Part shown: positions 8,807-18,519 of the stretch, one piece after another
Layout of the letters: each line of letters opens with the position of its first letter
How positions within the stretch are numbered: position 1 is the stretch's first letter
NCBI GenBank assembly: GCA_900541905.1
Contig: UQLQ01000001.1
Location: 19,759-83,758 of the forward strand
Reading direction: 5' to 3'
Origin: an uncultured Oscillospiraceae bacterium
GTDB taxonomy: Bacteria > Bacillota > Clostridia > Oscillospirales > Acutalibacteraceae
Length of the DNA: 64,000 bases
Notes under the pieces: generated by a model
What the model saw: the letters and a program-made list of their open reading frames with translations, nothing else
Told to the model about the DNA's origin: nothing
Database searches by the model: none
Translations under genes and position numbers: made by a program

Positions 8807-9525
8807 AAGCATTGCTATATGGAATTGCATTACAGTGGAAATTGGACATAAGAAGTAAGACGCTGCTGATTACCTGCTATATGGTTCCTCTTTTATTTTT
8901 CGCCATCATGGGAGGAATCTTTACTTCAATTATGCCGGAATCGAAAGATACATTAATCCCCGCTATGACAGTGATGGGGGTATCTATGGGCGCACTGATT
9001 GGTTTACCGCCATCTTTGGTAGAACTATATGGCAGTGATATTAAAAAAGTTTATAAAGCAAACGGTATACCTATCTATTTTGGATTTATCACAACCACTT
9101 TCTCTGCAATGATTCACTTATTGCTCATGTCTGTTATAATATACGCAATTGCTCCGTTTGCATTTGAAGCAAAACTGCCGAATCAATCTGTTTTCTATTT
9201 TATATCGCTGATTATTTTTATTATGGTATCACTCAGCATTGGCAGTATTTTAGGTTTGGTGATGAAAAAGCAAGCAAAAGTCACTATGATTTCTCAATTG
9301 GTCTTTTTGCCCTCTATTATGCTGTCAGGAATTATGTTTCCTATTGAGTTTTTGCCGGATGTGTTAAGATGGATTGGAATGATATTTCCTGCTGCATGGG
9401 GTTATCAATTGATGCTGGATTATGGTTTTGGTTTTCAAAATTTGTGGCCTATGATGATTATCTTTGTCGTAGCAGTTGTGGCTATCTTTCTGGTATTGCG
9501 CAAAATAAAAACAGATGAAACCTAA
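8803..9525 (+). CDS. ABC-2 family transporter permease
   Basis: 240 aa with six predicted transmembrane helices. Its start overlaps the ATPase stop as ATGA. Confidence 0.75.
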   Translation: MKALLYGIALQWKLDIRSKTLLITCYMVPLLFFAIMGGIFTSIMPESKDTLIPAMTVMGVSMGALIGLPPSLVELYGSDIKKVYKANGIPIYFGFITTTFSAMIHLLLMSVIIYAIAPFAFEAKLPNQSVFYFISLIIFIMVSLSIGSILGLVMKKQAKVTMISQLVFLPSIMLSGIMFPIEFLPDVLRWIGMIFPAAWGYQLMLDYGFGFQNLWPMMIIFVVAVVAIFLVLRKIKTDET

Positions 9526-9540
9526 TTTCATCTGTTTCGT
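9509..9540 (-). terminator. Terminator shared by the convergent cbiC (minus) and ABC permease (plus) genes
   Basis: 10 bp perfect stem acagatgaaa / tttcatctgt. On the minus strand it is followed by TTTTTATTTT. Confidence 0.75.
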
Positions 9541-9560
9541 TCTGCAAAAGGAAAGTAATA

Positions 9561-10199
9561 TTAGGAATCTCTTTCTGTAATGCTATACAATAATGCATTG
9601 CATATGGCGGCGGCAATATTGCTGCCGCCTTTTCGTCCACGTGCTACAATGTATGGCATCTGTGTACTTAAAATAAGCTCTTTGGATTCTACTACATTGA
9701 CAAACCCAACAGGTACGCCAATGATAAATTCAGGCTGTAACCCCTGCTGTATCAGTTCGTACAAACGAATCAATGCGGTGGGCGCATTGCCGATTGCAAA
9801 TATGGTTGGGCGGTTTAAAGCCACCGCTTTATCCATGCTGGCAACAGCACGGGTTGTACCTTGTTCTTTTGCTGTGTTTGCAACATCTTCATCGGACATA
9901 AAACAGAATACGTCGCAGCCAAGTTTTGCCAGTGCTGCTTTGTTGATTCCTGACTTTCCCATTTGGGTGTCTGTTACAATACAGGCGCCTTTTTTTAAGG
10001 CTTCTTTTGCGTATTGAACTGCATTGGGAGAAAACACAAGATTTTTTGCATAGTCAAAATCCGCAGAAGTATGAATACAGCGTTTGATAATCGGCTCCTG
10101 TTCAGGGTCCAATCTCATATCGCCTAATTCTTTTGATATGATTTCAAAACTGCGTTGTTCAATTTGATTGGGCGATATATGTTCTAATTGTATGTTCAT
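9561..10199 (-). CDS. cbiC: Cobalt-precorrin-8 methylmutase
   Basis: 212 aa, collinear with CbiC/CobH. Confidence 0.85.
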   Translation of the reverse strand: MNIQLEHISPNQIEQRSFEIISKELGDMRLDPEQEPIIKRCIHTSADFDYAKNLVFSPNAVQYAKEALKKGACIVTDTQMGKSGINKAALAKLGCDVFCFMSDEDVANTAKEQGTTRAVASMDKAVALNRPTIFAIGNAPTALIRLYELIQQGLQPEFIIGVPVGFVNVVESKELILSTQMPYIVARGRKGGSNIAAAICNALLYSITERDS

Positions 10200-10206
10200 A
10201 AAGCAC

Positions 10207-10731
10207 CTACCATTCTACTCCCAAACGTGCGGGAATGCCTGCATCAAAAGGATGTTTTATTTTTTTCATTTCTGTTACGTAGTCGGCTGCTTCTATCATA
10301 TAATCAGCAGGATCACGGCCGGTTAATATCAATTCCAATGCTTCTGGTTTATTCAGAATGAATTCTTTTAGCATGTCTTTGTCAATCAAACCCAGATTAT
10401 AGCTTGCCATAATTTCGTCTAAAATCAGCAAATCACATTGGCTGTTTTGAGCATGTAGTATAGCTTGTTTTAATTGCTGTGTTTGATATGCAGTGACCTC
10501 TTTCTTTTGTTCTTCTGTCATATTCCATGTAAAGGGAGTATTCGGTTTTCCCCGCAATATGGTAATATTGGGCTGCGAAAGTAATATTTTTAATTCTCCT
10601 GTAGGACCGCCTTTTAAAAATTGTATGATAAACACTTTTTTGTCGTTGCCCGCCGCACGAATGGCAAGACCCATAGCGGCCGTAGTTTTTCCTTTTCCGT
10701 CTCCGCAGTAAATATGTGTGCAACCTTTCAT
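10207..10731 (-). CDS. cobO: Cob(I)yrinic acid a,c-diamide adenosyltransferase (CobO/BtuR type)
   Basis: 174 aa with P-loop [10 protein letters not shown] and the CobA/CobO fold. Confidence 0.85.
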   Translation of the reverse strand: MKGCTHIYCGDGKGKTTAAMGLAIRAAGNDKKVFIIQFLKGGPTGELKILLSQPNITILRGKPNTPFTWNMTEEQKKEVTAYQTQQLKQAILHAQNSQCDLLILDEIMASYNLGLIDKDMLKEFILNKPEALELILTGRDPADYMIEAADYVTEMKKIKHPFDAGIPARLGVEW

Positions 10732-12224
10732 ATCGTTCCCTCCAATATATCATAGATTTGTTTTATGTCCATATTCTGTCTCATGGTATCTGCAAGGAAA
10801 TTATATTGAGTATCTTTATATTCCTTTGTATCTATTGTTTTTATAGTAGTTTCGTTGATTCCTTTCGCTTTTAGCAAACTTTGTATGATTGCATTTACAA
10901 CAGAATTATCATCAAAAATACCGTGTACATATGTACCATATATGTTGTCTTTCTGTGCTCCGTCTGTATTTTTATTTTCCAATAATGTTAGGGAGAGGAC
11001 GGACTGGATACTGTGTGTTTTTCCCATGTGAATCTCGTATCCATGAAAAGGTAAATGAGAAAGGTTGGAAAAGATACCGTTCACCTGTTCAAAACGACCG
11101 CTTATTTGTGTACGAGTTTTCTTTTGGTCAAACACAGTGGTAATGGGTAATAACTCCATGCCGCGAATTTCTCCACCTTCTTCAATATGATGAGGGTCGC
11201 TGACAGATTGTCCCAGCATTTGATAACCGCCGCAAATTCCAAAGATAGGTTTCCCGCACGCAACGTGTTTTTTCAAGCAGGCTTCCAACCCTGTTTCCCG
11301 CAGCCATTTTAAATCTGCCATGGTATTTTTGGTGCCAGGAAGAAAGATACAGTCAGGGGTTCCCAATTGTGTGGGAGAAGAAACATAACGAAGAGAAAGA
11401 CCGTTAATATGCTCAAATGGATAAAAATCTGTAAAGTTAGAAATGCGCGGTAGTTTTATCACTGCCAAATCCAATAAGCTGTGCTCGAATTGTTTGGAAT
11501 GAAAGCGTTCACTTAAACTGTCCTCGTCGTCGATGTCTACATTCATGTAGGGAAGTACACCCAGAACAGGAATATTGGTCAATTTGGTAAGCATGTCCAG
11601 TCCCGGTTCTAAAATAGATTTGTCCCCTCGAAATTTGTTGATGATCAATCCCTTGATTCGGCGGCGTTCCTGTTCCTCCAGAAGCATAACAGTACCGTAA
11701 AGGGAAGCAAATACGCCGCCACGGTCAATGTCACCGGCCAAAAGTACAGGGGCATTTACCATTTCCGCCATACCCATATTGACGATATCTTCTTGTTTTA
11801 AATTGATTTCCGCAGGACTGCCTGCACCTTCTATCACAATGATGTCATATTGCGCTGCAAGTGTATGATAAGCTTCTAAAATATGAGGAACTAATTGTTT
11901 TTTATAGGAGAAGTAGTCTTTTGCACTCATATTTCCTATTACTTCACCGTTGACAATCACTTGAGAACCAACATCATTGGTGGGTTTCAGTAAAATAGGA
12001 TTCATAAGCACAGAAGGGACAACTCCTGCTGCTTCGCATTGCATGACTTGGGCGCGTCCCATTTCCAGTCCTTCTGATGTAATATAGGAGTTCAGTGCCA
12101 TGTTTTGAGATTTAAAAGGCGCAACACGGTATCCGTCCTGTTTGAATATACGGCATAAACCCGCAACAATAAAACTTTTACCCGCATTGGACATGGTGCC
12201 TTGTATCATAATGACTTTTGCCAT
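10728..12224 (-). CDS. cbiP: Cobyric acid synthase
   Basis: 498 aa with an N-terminal CobQ ATPase domain and a C-terminal glutamine amidotransferase domain. Confidence 0.9.
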   Translation of the reverse strand: MAKVIMIQGTMSNAGKSFIVAGLCRIFKQDGYRVAPFKSQNMALNSYITSEGLEMGRAQVMQCEAAGVVPSVLMNPILLKPTNDVGSQVIVNGEVIGNMSAKDYFSYKKQLVPHILEAYHTLAAQYDIIVIEGAGSPAEINLKQEDIVNMGMAEMVNAPVLLAGDIDRGGVFASLYGTVMLLEEQERRRIKGLIINKFRGDKSILEPGLDMLTKLTNIPVLGVLPYMNVDIDDEDSLSERFHSKQFEHSLLDLAVIKLPRISNFTDFYPFEHINGLSLRYVSSPTQLGTPDCIFLPGTKNTMADLKWLRETGLEACLKKHVACGKPIFGICGGYQMLGQSVSDPHHIEEGGEIRGMELLPITTVFDQKKTRTQISGRFEQVNGIFSNLSHLPFHGYEIHMGKTHSIQSVLSLTLLENKNTDGAQKDNIYGTYVHGIFDDNSVVNAIIQSLLKAKGINETTIKTIDTKEYKDTQYNFLADTMRQNMDIKQIYDILEGTI

Positions 12225-12226
12225 GG

Positions 12227-13303
12227 TTACACCTCCTGAAGTATTTGGTCTATTGTATGCAGCAGTTGCACATTTTCATCATGAGTGCGTACAGCAATGC
12301 GATAATATCCTTTTGTAAGTCCACGATAGTTTTCACAGTTTCGTATGAGAATATTATGTTTTTTGAGTTTGTGCTCCAATGGGATAGGACTATAAAACAA
12401 GATATAGTTGGCTTTGGAAGGTATTACATTCATATTTCTCTTTTTCAGTTCCCTTATAAGGAAAGCACGCTCTGTATGAATTAACGATAAGCTGTGGGCC
12501 CAGTAATCGTTGCATTGCAATGCGGCAATCCCTGCATACTGTGCAGGAATTGATACACTCCAAGGTTGACCGCAATGGAACATTTGCTGTAATAAGGTTT
12601 TATTGGAACATACGCCAAAACCAAGGCGAAGTCCTGCCATGGCATATTGTTTGGTAAAAGCTCTCAATAGAAATAAGTTAGAATATGCTGCACATTCCGG
12701 CAGTAAACTTTGCGTGTCAGTATCAGTTACAAACGGAAGAAAGCATTCGTCTAAAAATAAAATGATACCATGTTGTTTACAAACATTCAATATTTCTTTC
12801 AATAAGCCGGTTGGTATTACTTGTCCTGTGGGGTTATTGGGATTGCATAAAAATAAAACATCCAGATTCGGTGTCAATGCGGAAAGTATTCCTGTATAAA
12901 ACAGTTCTGTAGTTAAGGAAAAGTCTGTTTCTGCTTGCAAGTTCAGATATGTAATATGGCAATCAACAAGAGTTAACGCATGTTCGTACTCTGAAAAAGT
13001 AGGTGCCAATAACAGAGCGCTTTTAGGCTTTTGAGCCAATGCAAATCGTGTAATTAAGTCGGCAGCGCCGTTCCCGCATATGATATGTTCTCGATTGATA
13101 TGATAGTGGTCTGACAAAGCTGCGATTAATTCTCTGCAATACGGGTCAGGGTAATGTGCGCAGACAGTAAGAGAATTGATAACAGCTTGCTTTATTTGTT
13201 CGGGCAGTCCCAAAGGATTTATATTTGCTGAAAAGTCTAAAATAGGCGTTTTGGTGTCTAACAGGCAATCATAAATATTTCCGCCATGGGTATAAAAATC
13301 CAT
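12227..13303 (-). CDS. cobD: L-threonine-O-3-phosphate decarboxylase (aminotransferase class I/II)
   Basis: The ORF-track entry is N-terminally over-extended. The start was set at [10 protein letters not shown], which has a GGAGGA RBS. About 358 aa. Confidence 0.8.
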   Translation of the reverse strand: MDFYTHGGNIYDCLLDTKTPILDFSANINPLGLPEQIKQAVINSLTVCAHYPDPYCRELIAALSDHYHINREHIICGNGAADLITRFALAQKPKSALLLAPTFSEYEHALTLVDCHITYLNLQAETDFSLTTELFYTGILSALTPNLDVLFLCNPNNPTGQVIPTGLLKEILNVCKQHGIILFLDECFLPFVTDTDTQSLLPECAAYSNLFLLRAFTKQYAMAGLRLGFGVCSNKTLLQQMFHCGQPWSVSIPAQYAGIAALQCNDYWAHSLSLIHTERAFLIRELKKRNMNVIPSKANYILFYSPIPLEHKLKKHNILIRNCENYRGLTKGYYRIAVRTHDENVQLLHTIDQILQEV

Positions 13304-13320
13304 AAAATCCTCCTTTCCGC

Positions 13321-14301
13321 TTAGATAAAACATAGAAATAACAGAGATTTCAAACCTAGTCCCACTACAATGGCAATGCATGATGTGATGTATAATAAAT
13401 GATTTGCTCTGCAAATATCCTTTGCTTCTATGGAACGGTCGGCATTGCCGATGGTCGGCTTTTTGTGCAATTTTCCAAAGTAATATGCATCGCCGGCCAG
13501 TTGAATATGCAGTGCGCCTGCACATACGGCTTCTGTATGTGCGCTGTTGGGACTGGCATGATTGCGTTTGTCCCTACGGTAAACACGAAATGCTTCTTTG
13601 GCATCATACCGTGCAAAAAATGCGGCCAGAATCATCAAATAAGCAGAAATACGAGCAGGAATATAATTTAAAATATCATCCAGTTTTGCAGCGGCTGTGC
13701 CAAAATACTGATAACGTTCATTGCGGTAGCCAATCATGGAATCCATCGTATTGACGGATTTATAGAAAAAACCCAAAGGTGCGCCGCCAATGAGCATAAA
13801 AAACAAAGGAGCAATGACGCCGTCGGATGTATTCTCAGCGACAGTTTCCACTGCCGCTTTTGCAATTTGTTCTTCCGTTAAATTAGAAGTGTCACGGCCA
13901 ACAATCATGGAAACGGCTTTTCGTGCGCCTTCTAAATTGTGTTGTTCCAGTTGAACATATACTTTCATACTCTCTGTTTTTAATGATTTTGCAGCAAGCA
14001 TCTGATAGCAAAAGATTGAAGCAATCACAAAGTGTAATGCAGGATGAATCCGGTGTGCCAGCATTAAAATTCCCAGAGGAATCGCGGTGGAAATCAGGAT
14101 TACAATGATTGCAAGACAAACACCTGCAAATCGCTGGACTGCTTTGGACTTTTGAAAACAGCCCTTCATGGATTTTTCCAGAACAGAAATTAGTGCTCCA
14201 ATCCAACGAACAGGGTGAGGAAGCCAGTGCGGGTCTCCAAAGCATATGTCCAATAAAAATCCTGTGAGCAATGCAAGCATAGAGATAGACAAATATAGCA
14301 T
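13321..14301 (-). CDS. cbiB: Adenosylcobinamide-phosphate synthase
   Basis: CbiB membrane protein. The start was set at MLYLSISML, which has an AAGGAGGA RBS. Confidence 0.85.
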   Translation of the reverse strand: MLYLSISMLALLTGFLLDICFGDPHWLPHPVRWIGALISVLEKSMKGCFQKSKAVQRFAGVCLAIIVILISTAIPLGILMLAHRIHPALHFVIASIFCYQMLAAKSLKTESMKVYVQLEQHNLEGARKAVSMIVGRDTSNLTEEQIAKAAVETVAENTSDGVIAPLFFMLIGGAPLGFFYKSVNTMDSMIGYRNERYQYFGTAAAKLDDILNYIPARISAYLMILAAFFARYDAKEAFRVYRRDKRNHASPNSAHTEAVCAGALHIQLAGDAYYFGKLHKKPTIGNADRSIEAKDICRANHLLYITSCIAIVVGLGLKSLLFLCFI

Positions 14302-14324
14302 AGGTGTCCTCCTTTTCATAACGT

Positions 14325-14714
14325 TTATTTTTTGAGTACAATCGGAATTCCACAGACAATGCGAATCACTTCTTCCGCTTGTTTTGCAATGTTACAGCAA
14401 ATGCGTCCCACCGTTTCGCGATAGCGTCGGTCAAATGCTTCCATTGGTACAACACCGTTTCCCAATTCATTACATACAATGCACATGGAAGGATTGTTTT
14501 TGCAAAGGGTGTCAATTTGTCCTGCAATCTCTTTTTCCGGAATAGATTGTTCCATTAAACGACGAATATATAAATGCAGATGATCTAAAATATCACACTG
14601 AAGAATTTCCTCCTGTGTACAGGTACTGCCGTCTGCAACGATGGGGGAGGGGGAGCAGCACTCTGCCGCATATGCAGATTTTCCTTGAAAACTGCCTCCA
14701 ATGATAAGCTTCAT
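14325..14714 (-). CDS. Truncated CobU-like paralog (adenosylcobinamide kinase/guanylyltransferase family), 129 aa
   Basis: P-loop GGSFQGKS and a CobU-like C-terminus (IVCNELGNGVVP...GIPI), but it lacks the central region that carries the guanylylated His. Confidence 0.6.
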   Translation of the reverse strand: MKLIIGGSFQGKSAYAAECCSPSPIVADGSTCTQEEILQCDILDHLHLYIRRLMEQSIPEKEIAGQIDTLCKNNPSMCIVCNELGNGVVPMEAFDRRYRETVGRICCNIAKQAEEVIRIVCGIPIVLKK

Positions 14715-15533
14715 TTAAAATACCGCCCTTTCTATCAGTAAGCCTGCAGTGATGCCAATGAGGGTAGTCAGTTCACATAGCTGCACCAAATAGCCTGCAA
14801 TATCTCCCGTGATGCCACTAAACTGGCGATAACACATAATGCGTACATACAAAAATGATAGCAGTGCACCTGCCAGAGCAAAGAAAGCAACGAACCAATC
14901 AATGAGAAACAAAAGTGTTGCTGCAACGATAAAATAGCCAATCATTGTATAGGCTACAGTGCGTTTTTGTGCAGCGTCTGTGAATGTGCGCAGCAATCCA
15001 CTGCCTTTGGCGCTGCGAAATGTAACTACGGCAAAACCGCTGATACAGCGGGAAAGCAAAAAGCTGCACATCAGTAATAAGACGCTGTATAAATTTCCTG
15101 CAATTTCTGTTGCAAAACCTGCATACAATAAGAAGTATAAACAACAAAACAGCACCGCAAATGCGCCTGTATGTGGGTCTTTTAAAATTTCCAGCTTTTT
15201 TTCTCTTGGTTGGCGGGAGCTGAGCGCGTCAACTGTATCACAGTAACCGTCTAAATGGATACCGCCTGTTACCAGTACAGGAATGGCGGTAATGACGCAA
15301 GCGAACAGAAAGGAGTGGATATGGAGCCACTGACAGAAATAGAACCAAAGCAGTACAAGCAATGCAATGGGAATGCTAATGAGTGGAAAAAAACACATGG
15401 TGTATCGCATGTCTTTTGGATTCCACTCAAATTTTGGCATAGGAATTTTGGAATACAGCCCGAATGCAATGCAAAAAGAGCGCAATAAACTCACATAACT
15501 CCTCCTTTCCGATGAGAAATTGGAATACCGCAT
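14715..15533 (-). CDS. cobS: Adenosylcobinamide-GDP ribazoletransferase (cobalamin synthase)
   Basis: CobS membrane protein with a GGIHLDGYCD motif. The true start is probably the GTG at 15494 (RBS AGGAGGAG; it overlaps the cobU stop as GTGA), which gives about 259 aa. Confidence 0.85.
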   Translation of the reverse strand: MRYSNFSSERRSYVSLLRSFCIAFGLYSKIPMPKFEWNPKDMRYTMCFFPLISIPIALLVLLWFYFCQWLHIHSFLFACVITAIPVLVTGGIHLDGYCDTVDALSSRQPREKKLEILKDPHTGAFAVLFCCLYFLLYAGFATEIAGNLYSVLLLMCSFLLSRCISGFAVVTFRSAKGSGLLRTFTDAAQKRTVAYTMIGYFIVAATLLFLIDWFVAFFALAGALLSFLYVRIMCYRQFSGITGDIAGYLVQLCELTTLIGITAGLLIERAVF

Positions 15534-16024
15534 ACCACTTCATAAATTTCGTTGGCAGTGCGGCACAACTCTCGGTGTAGATATCCTAAATCGGATAAAT
15601 ATTGTGTGGTAGATAAATCGTAGCAGATACCGTCGCTGAAAATTTCATTGGATACAACAATTAAATGCTGACAGTGTGATTGCAGATGTCTGATTTGCTG
15701 TAATAAAGAGGATACAGAATAGGATGTTGTGTTGCTTGAAAACATCTCGTTTGCCAACAAATTGGACAAGCATTCCAGAAGTACCACGCTGTCAGACTCA
15801 ACAGCAATACTGCCAATTTTTTTGGACACTTCGATGGTTTGAAAGGACTTGTCCGCACGCATTCGTCTATGGCGCTCTATGCGCTGTTTGCTTTCTGTAT
15901 CGTTTGCGCACATAGTGGCAAGATAAAAAAGAGGAGCGTTACAGCTATGTGCCAAAGAAGCAGCATATTGTTCCGCGTATTCTGATTTTCCGCTGGCAGA
16001 GCCGCCAAAAATAAATGTTAACAT
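15491..16024 (-). CDS. cobU: Bifunctional adenosylcobinamide kinase / adenosylcobinamide-phosphate guanylyltransferase
   Basis: 177 aa with P-loop GGSASGKS and an RIERHRR His-containing motif. Confidence 0.88.
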   Translation of the reverse strand: MLTFIFGGSASGKSEYAEQYAASLAHSCNAPLFYLATMCANDTESKQRIERHRRMRADKSFQTIEVSKKIGSIAVESDSVVLLECLSNLLANEMFSSNTTSYSVSSLLQQIRHLQSHCQHLIVVSNEIFSDGICYDLSTTQYLSDLGYLHRELCRTANEIYEVVCGIPISHRKGGVM

Positions 16025-16057
16025 GATATACCGTCTTTCTGTTGTTGCATCAAATCA

Positions 16058-17119
16058 TTAAGTTAGAGGTTGATAGGGTTCCATGTCGAATTGTTCAAAG
16101 GTACTCATAGTCTGGTAGATATTGGCCGCCATTTCCAAAAGAGGAAAAACTGCCACAGCGCCTGTTCCTTCTCCAAGGCATAATTCACAATTGATGAGAG
16201 GCTTTAACCGCAGTGATTCTAAAATCATAGCTGCCGCTGGTTCTTTTGATACATGAGAAGGAATTAGATAAGGCTGTACCTTTGGGCAAATGTTTATTGC
16301 CAGTAAAGCCGCCGCTCCTGAAACAAAACCGTCTATTACTACAGGTACACGGTGAATAGCGCCGCCCAAAAATAAACCGGTCATTCCCGCAATGTCCAAT
16401 CCGCCTACCTTACTGAGAACATCAATTGGATCATTACAATTGGGGTTATGTTTTTTGATTGCCCGCTCAATCACGTCTATTTTATGCCGTAATCCGTCTG
16501 AGGATAAGCCTGCGCCTTTTCCTGTTACTTTCTCCACAGGTACTTTTAGCAGTACACTGGCAATCGCACTGCTGGTGGTCGTATTGCCAATGCCCATTTC
16601 TCCTGTGGCAATCAGACGGTAGCCTTCTTGTTTTAATGCGGCAACAAGATCAATGCCTACTTGTATTGCTTGCAGTGTTTGTTCTTTTGTCATAGCAGGA
16701 GCATGCAGCATATTTTGTGTGCCGTATGCAATTTTTTTGCTGCGCAGCCCTTTTACGGGAATATCAGCCGCAATTCCAATGTCAACGGGAATCACATCTG
16801 CCTTTGCTGCTTTTGCCATAACGGTTACACTGGTTTGAGAGACAGCAAGGCTTTGGGCAACCAATGCGGTAATTTCACTGCCTACCTGAGAAATTCCTTC
16901 TGCAACCACACCGTTGTCAGCACAAAGAATCACAGCGCAGCGTTTTGAAATATCAATGTGATGATTTCCCGTGATTCCTGCAATTTGTATGATAGATTTT
17001 TCTAAAAGACCTAAGCTGTTCAGTGGCTTTGCAATGCTGTTCCAACGGCGGACAGCCATATCCATGGAGGGCTGGTGCAAAGGTTTGATTTGTTCCAGCT
17101 GTACTTGTAATTGATTCAT
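16058..17119 (-). CDS. cobT: Nicotinate-nucleotide--dimethylbenzimidazole phosphoribosyltransferase
   Basis: 353 aa, collinear with CobT. Confidence 0.9.
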   Translation of the reverse strand: MNQLQVQLEQIKPLHQPSMDMAVRRWNSIAKPLNSLGLLEKSIIQIAGITGNHHIDISKRCAVILCADNGVVAEGISQVGSEITALVAQSLAVSQTSVTVMAKAAKADVIPVDIGIAADIPVKGLRSKKIAYGTQNMLHAPAMTKEQTLQAIQVGIDLVAALKQEGYRLIATGEMGIGNTTTSSAIASVLLKVPVEKVTGKGAGLSSDGLRHKIDVIERAIKKHNPNCNDPIDVLSKVGGLDIAGMTGLFLGGAIHRVPVVIDGFVSGAAALLAINICPKVQPYLIPSHVSKEPAAAMILESLRLKPLINCELCLGEGTGAVAVFPLLEMAANIYQTMSTFEQFDMEPYQPLT

Positions 17120-17131
17120 AAAACGATTCCT

Positions 17132-18508
17132 TCACTTAAGTTTCTTTGAATGGTTACGGCAAGCCTGTATAAAACGTTCCGCAATCATTGGGTTTGCATA
17201 AAAATGCAGATGAGGAAATCCCGCCCAAAGCGTGTTGGAAGCATGAATACAGGAGTGCGCTTTTTGGCTGCTTGGTTTTACAGCAAGGCATGCATTGCCG
17301 TCATTGCTGCTGTATTGGTAATGAAATTCGTGGATTGGCAGTTGTTCTCCCTGGTTTAATAAAAGAGTGTTCTCATTTGCCATCAGCATAAAATAACCGA
17401 AGTTTTGTAAACGTTTGGAAGTTTGTATGTGTTCAGGAAAGATACCTACCATTGTTTTGGGACTTCCTTGCTCATCGCTCATGGTTTGATGCAAATAGGA
17501 AAATCCGCTGCCTTCTGCAATACATGGCAGCCCATGTTTTAAAGCATCATAGATACTTTGAAGCATGGTTTGATTTTTTGAAAGCTCGTTGGCATATAAG
17601 TCGGCATACCCGCCTCCCAAAAGCAAACCGTCCAAATCGTTTGGAAGTGAGGTATCGTGTATGGGACTGAAGGGGATTAAATTTGCGCCCAATTCTGTGA
17701 GCAGTTCCAAATTGTCTTCATAATAGAAACAAAAAGCGGTATCTTTGGCAATTCCTATATTAACAGGTTCTTTACTTATTGTCGCAGAAGCAGAACGAGA
17801 ATGAGAGTCTGCGATTTCATTTGCAGTATTTGCCAATGCAAGCAATCCGTCTATGTCAATGGTTTCTTCCGCTTGTTTTGCTAAACGCTGAAGTTGTGCT
17901 TGAATTTGAGGAAGTTCGTCGGCGGGAATCAATCCCAGAGGGCGGCTTTCCAGTATACAATCTTCCATAAAAGGCAAATAGCCATAAACAGTAATAGGAA
18001 GCTGTTCTTCTATCAGCATTTTTAAACGGGGATACATCATAGGGGAAATTTGGTTTAGAATCACACCCTTAATGGCATTGTCTTTTTTATAATGCAAAAA
18101 TCCTTGAATTAAAGGGACTAGGGAAGTGGACATGCCTTTGCCGTTTACAATCAATACAACAGGTGTTTGTGTTGCCTTGGCAACAGAATAGGTGCTGGCG
18201 TCAGTGGTGTTGCCTCCAAGACCATCGTAATAACCCATTACGCCTTCTATGACGGAAATATCTGCATGACGGCTGTTTTTACAAAGCAAATGCTTCATCA
18301 CAGGTTCTGTCATCATAAATGGGTCAAGATTTCTTGCTTTTGTTCCAATGACTTTACTGTGAAACATAGGGTCCACATAGTCAGGTCCGCATTTAAAAGA
18401 AGCAACGGATTGTCCGCGATTGATAAGCGCCTGTAAAATACCACAGGTTACAGTGGTTTTACCGCTTGCACTGCTGGGGGCTGTCAATAACATTCGTGGT
18501 AACTGCAT
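17132..18508 (-). CDS. cbiA: Cobyrinate a,c-diamide synthase
   Basis: The start was set at MQLPRMLLTAPSSASGKTT, which has an AGGAGGGG RBS. The ORF-track N-terminus is over-extended. Confidence 0.88.
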   Translation of the reverse strand: MQLPRMLLTAPSSASGKTTVTCGILQALINRGQSVASFKCGPDYVDPMFHSKVIGTKARNLDPFMMTEPVMKHLLCKNSRHADISVIEGVMGYYDGLGGNTTDASTYSVAKATQTPVVLIVNGKGMSTSLVPLIQGFLHYKKDNAIKGVILNQISPMMYPRLKMLIEEQLPITVYGYLPFMEDCILESRPLGLIPADELPQIQAQLQRLAKQAEETIDIDGLLALANTANEIADSHSRSASATISKEPVNIGIAKDTAFCFYYEDNLELLTELGANLIPFSPIHDTSLPNDLDGLLLGGGYADLYANELSKNQTMLQSIYDALKHGLPCIAEGSGFSYLHQTMSDEQGSPKTMVGIFPEHIQTSKRLQNFGYFMLMANENTLLLNQGEQLPIHEFHYQYSSNDGNACLAVKPSSQKAHSCIHASNTLWAGFPHLHFYANPMIAERFIQACRNHSKKLK

Positions 18509-18519
18509 GACACCCCTCC

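Noticed and set aside
12218-12899. Plus-strand ORFs (12218..12484, 12603..12899) and minus-strand 12390..12575 within cobD
   Set aside because: They are antisense or out-of-frame to a conserved aminotransferase-fold gene and are not supported.
13399-14359. ORFs 13399..13671, 13404..13754, 13428..13616, 13892..14359 and 13923..14108 overlapping cbiB
   Set aside because: They are shadow frames in a membrane-protein gene. The Cys-rich and Trp-rich translations are typical of the wrong frame.
14899-15488. ORFs 14899..15147 (minus), 14959..15246 (plus), 15255..15488 (plus) and 15269..15469 (minus) inside cobS
   Set aside because: They are shadow frames within a conserved polytopic membrane protein gene.
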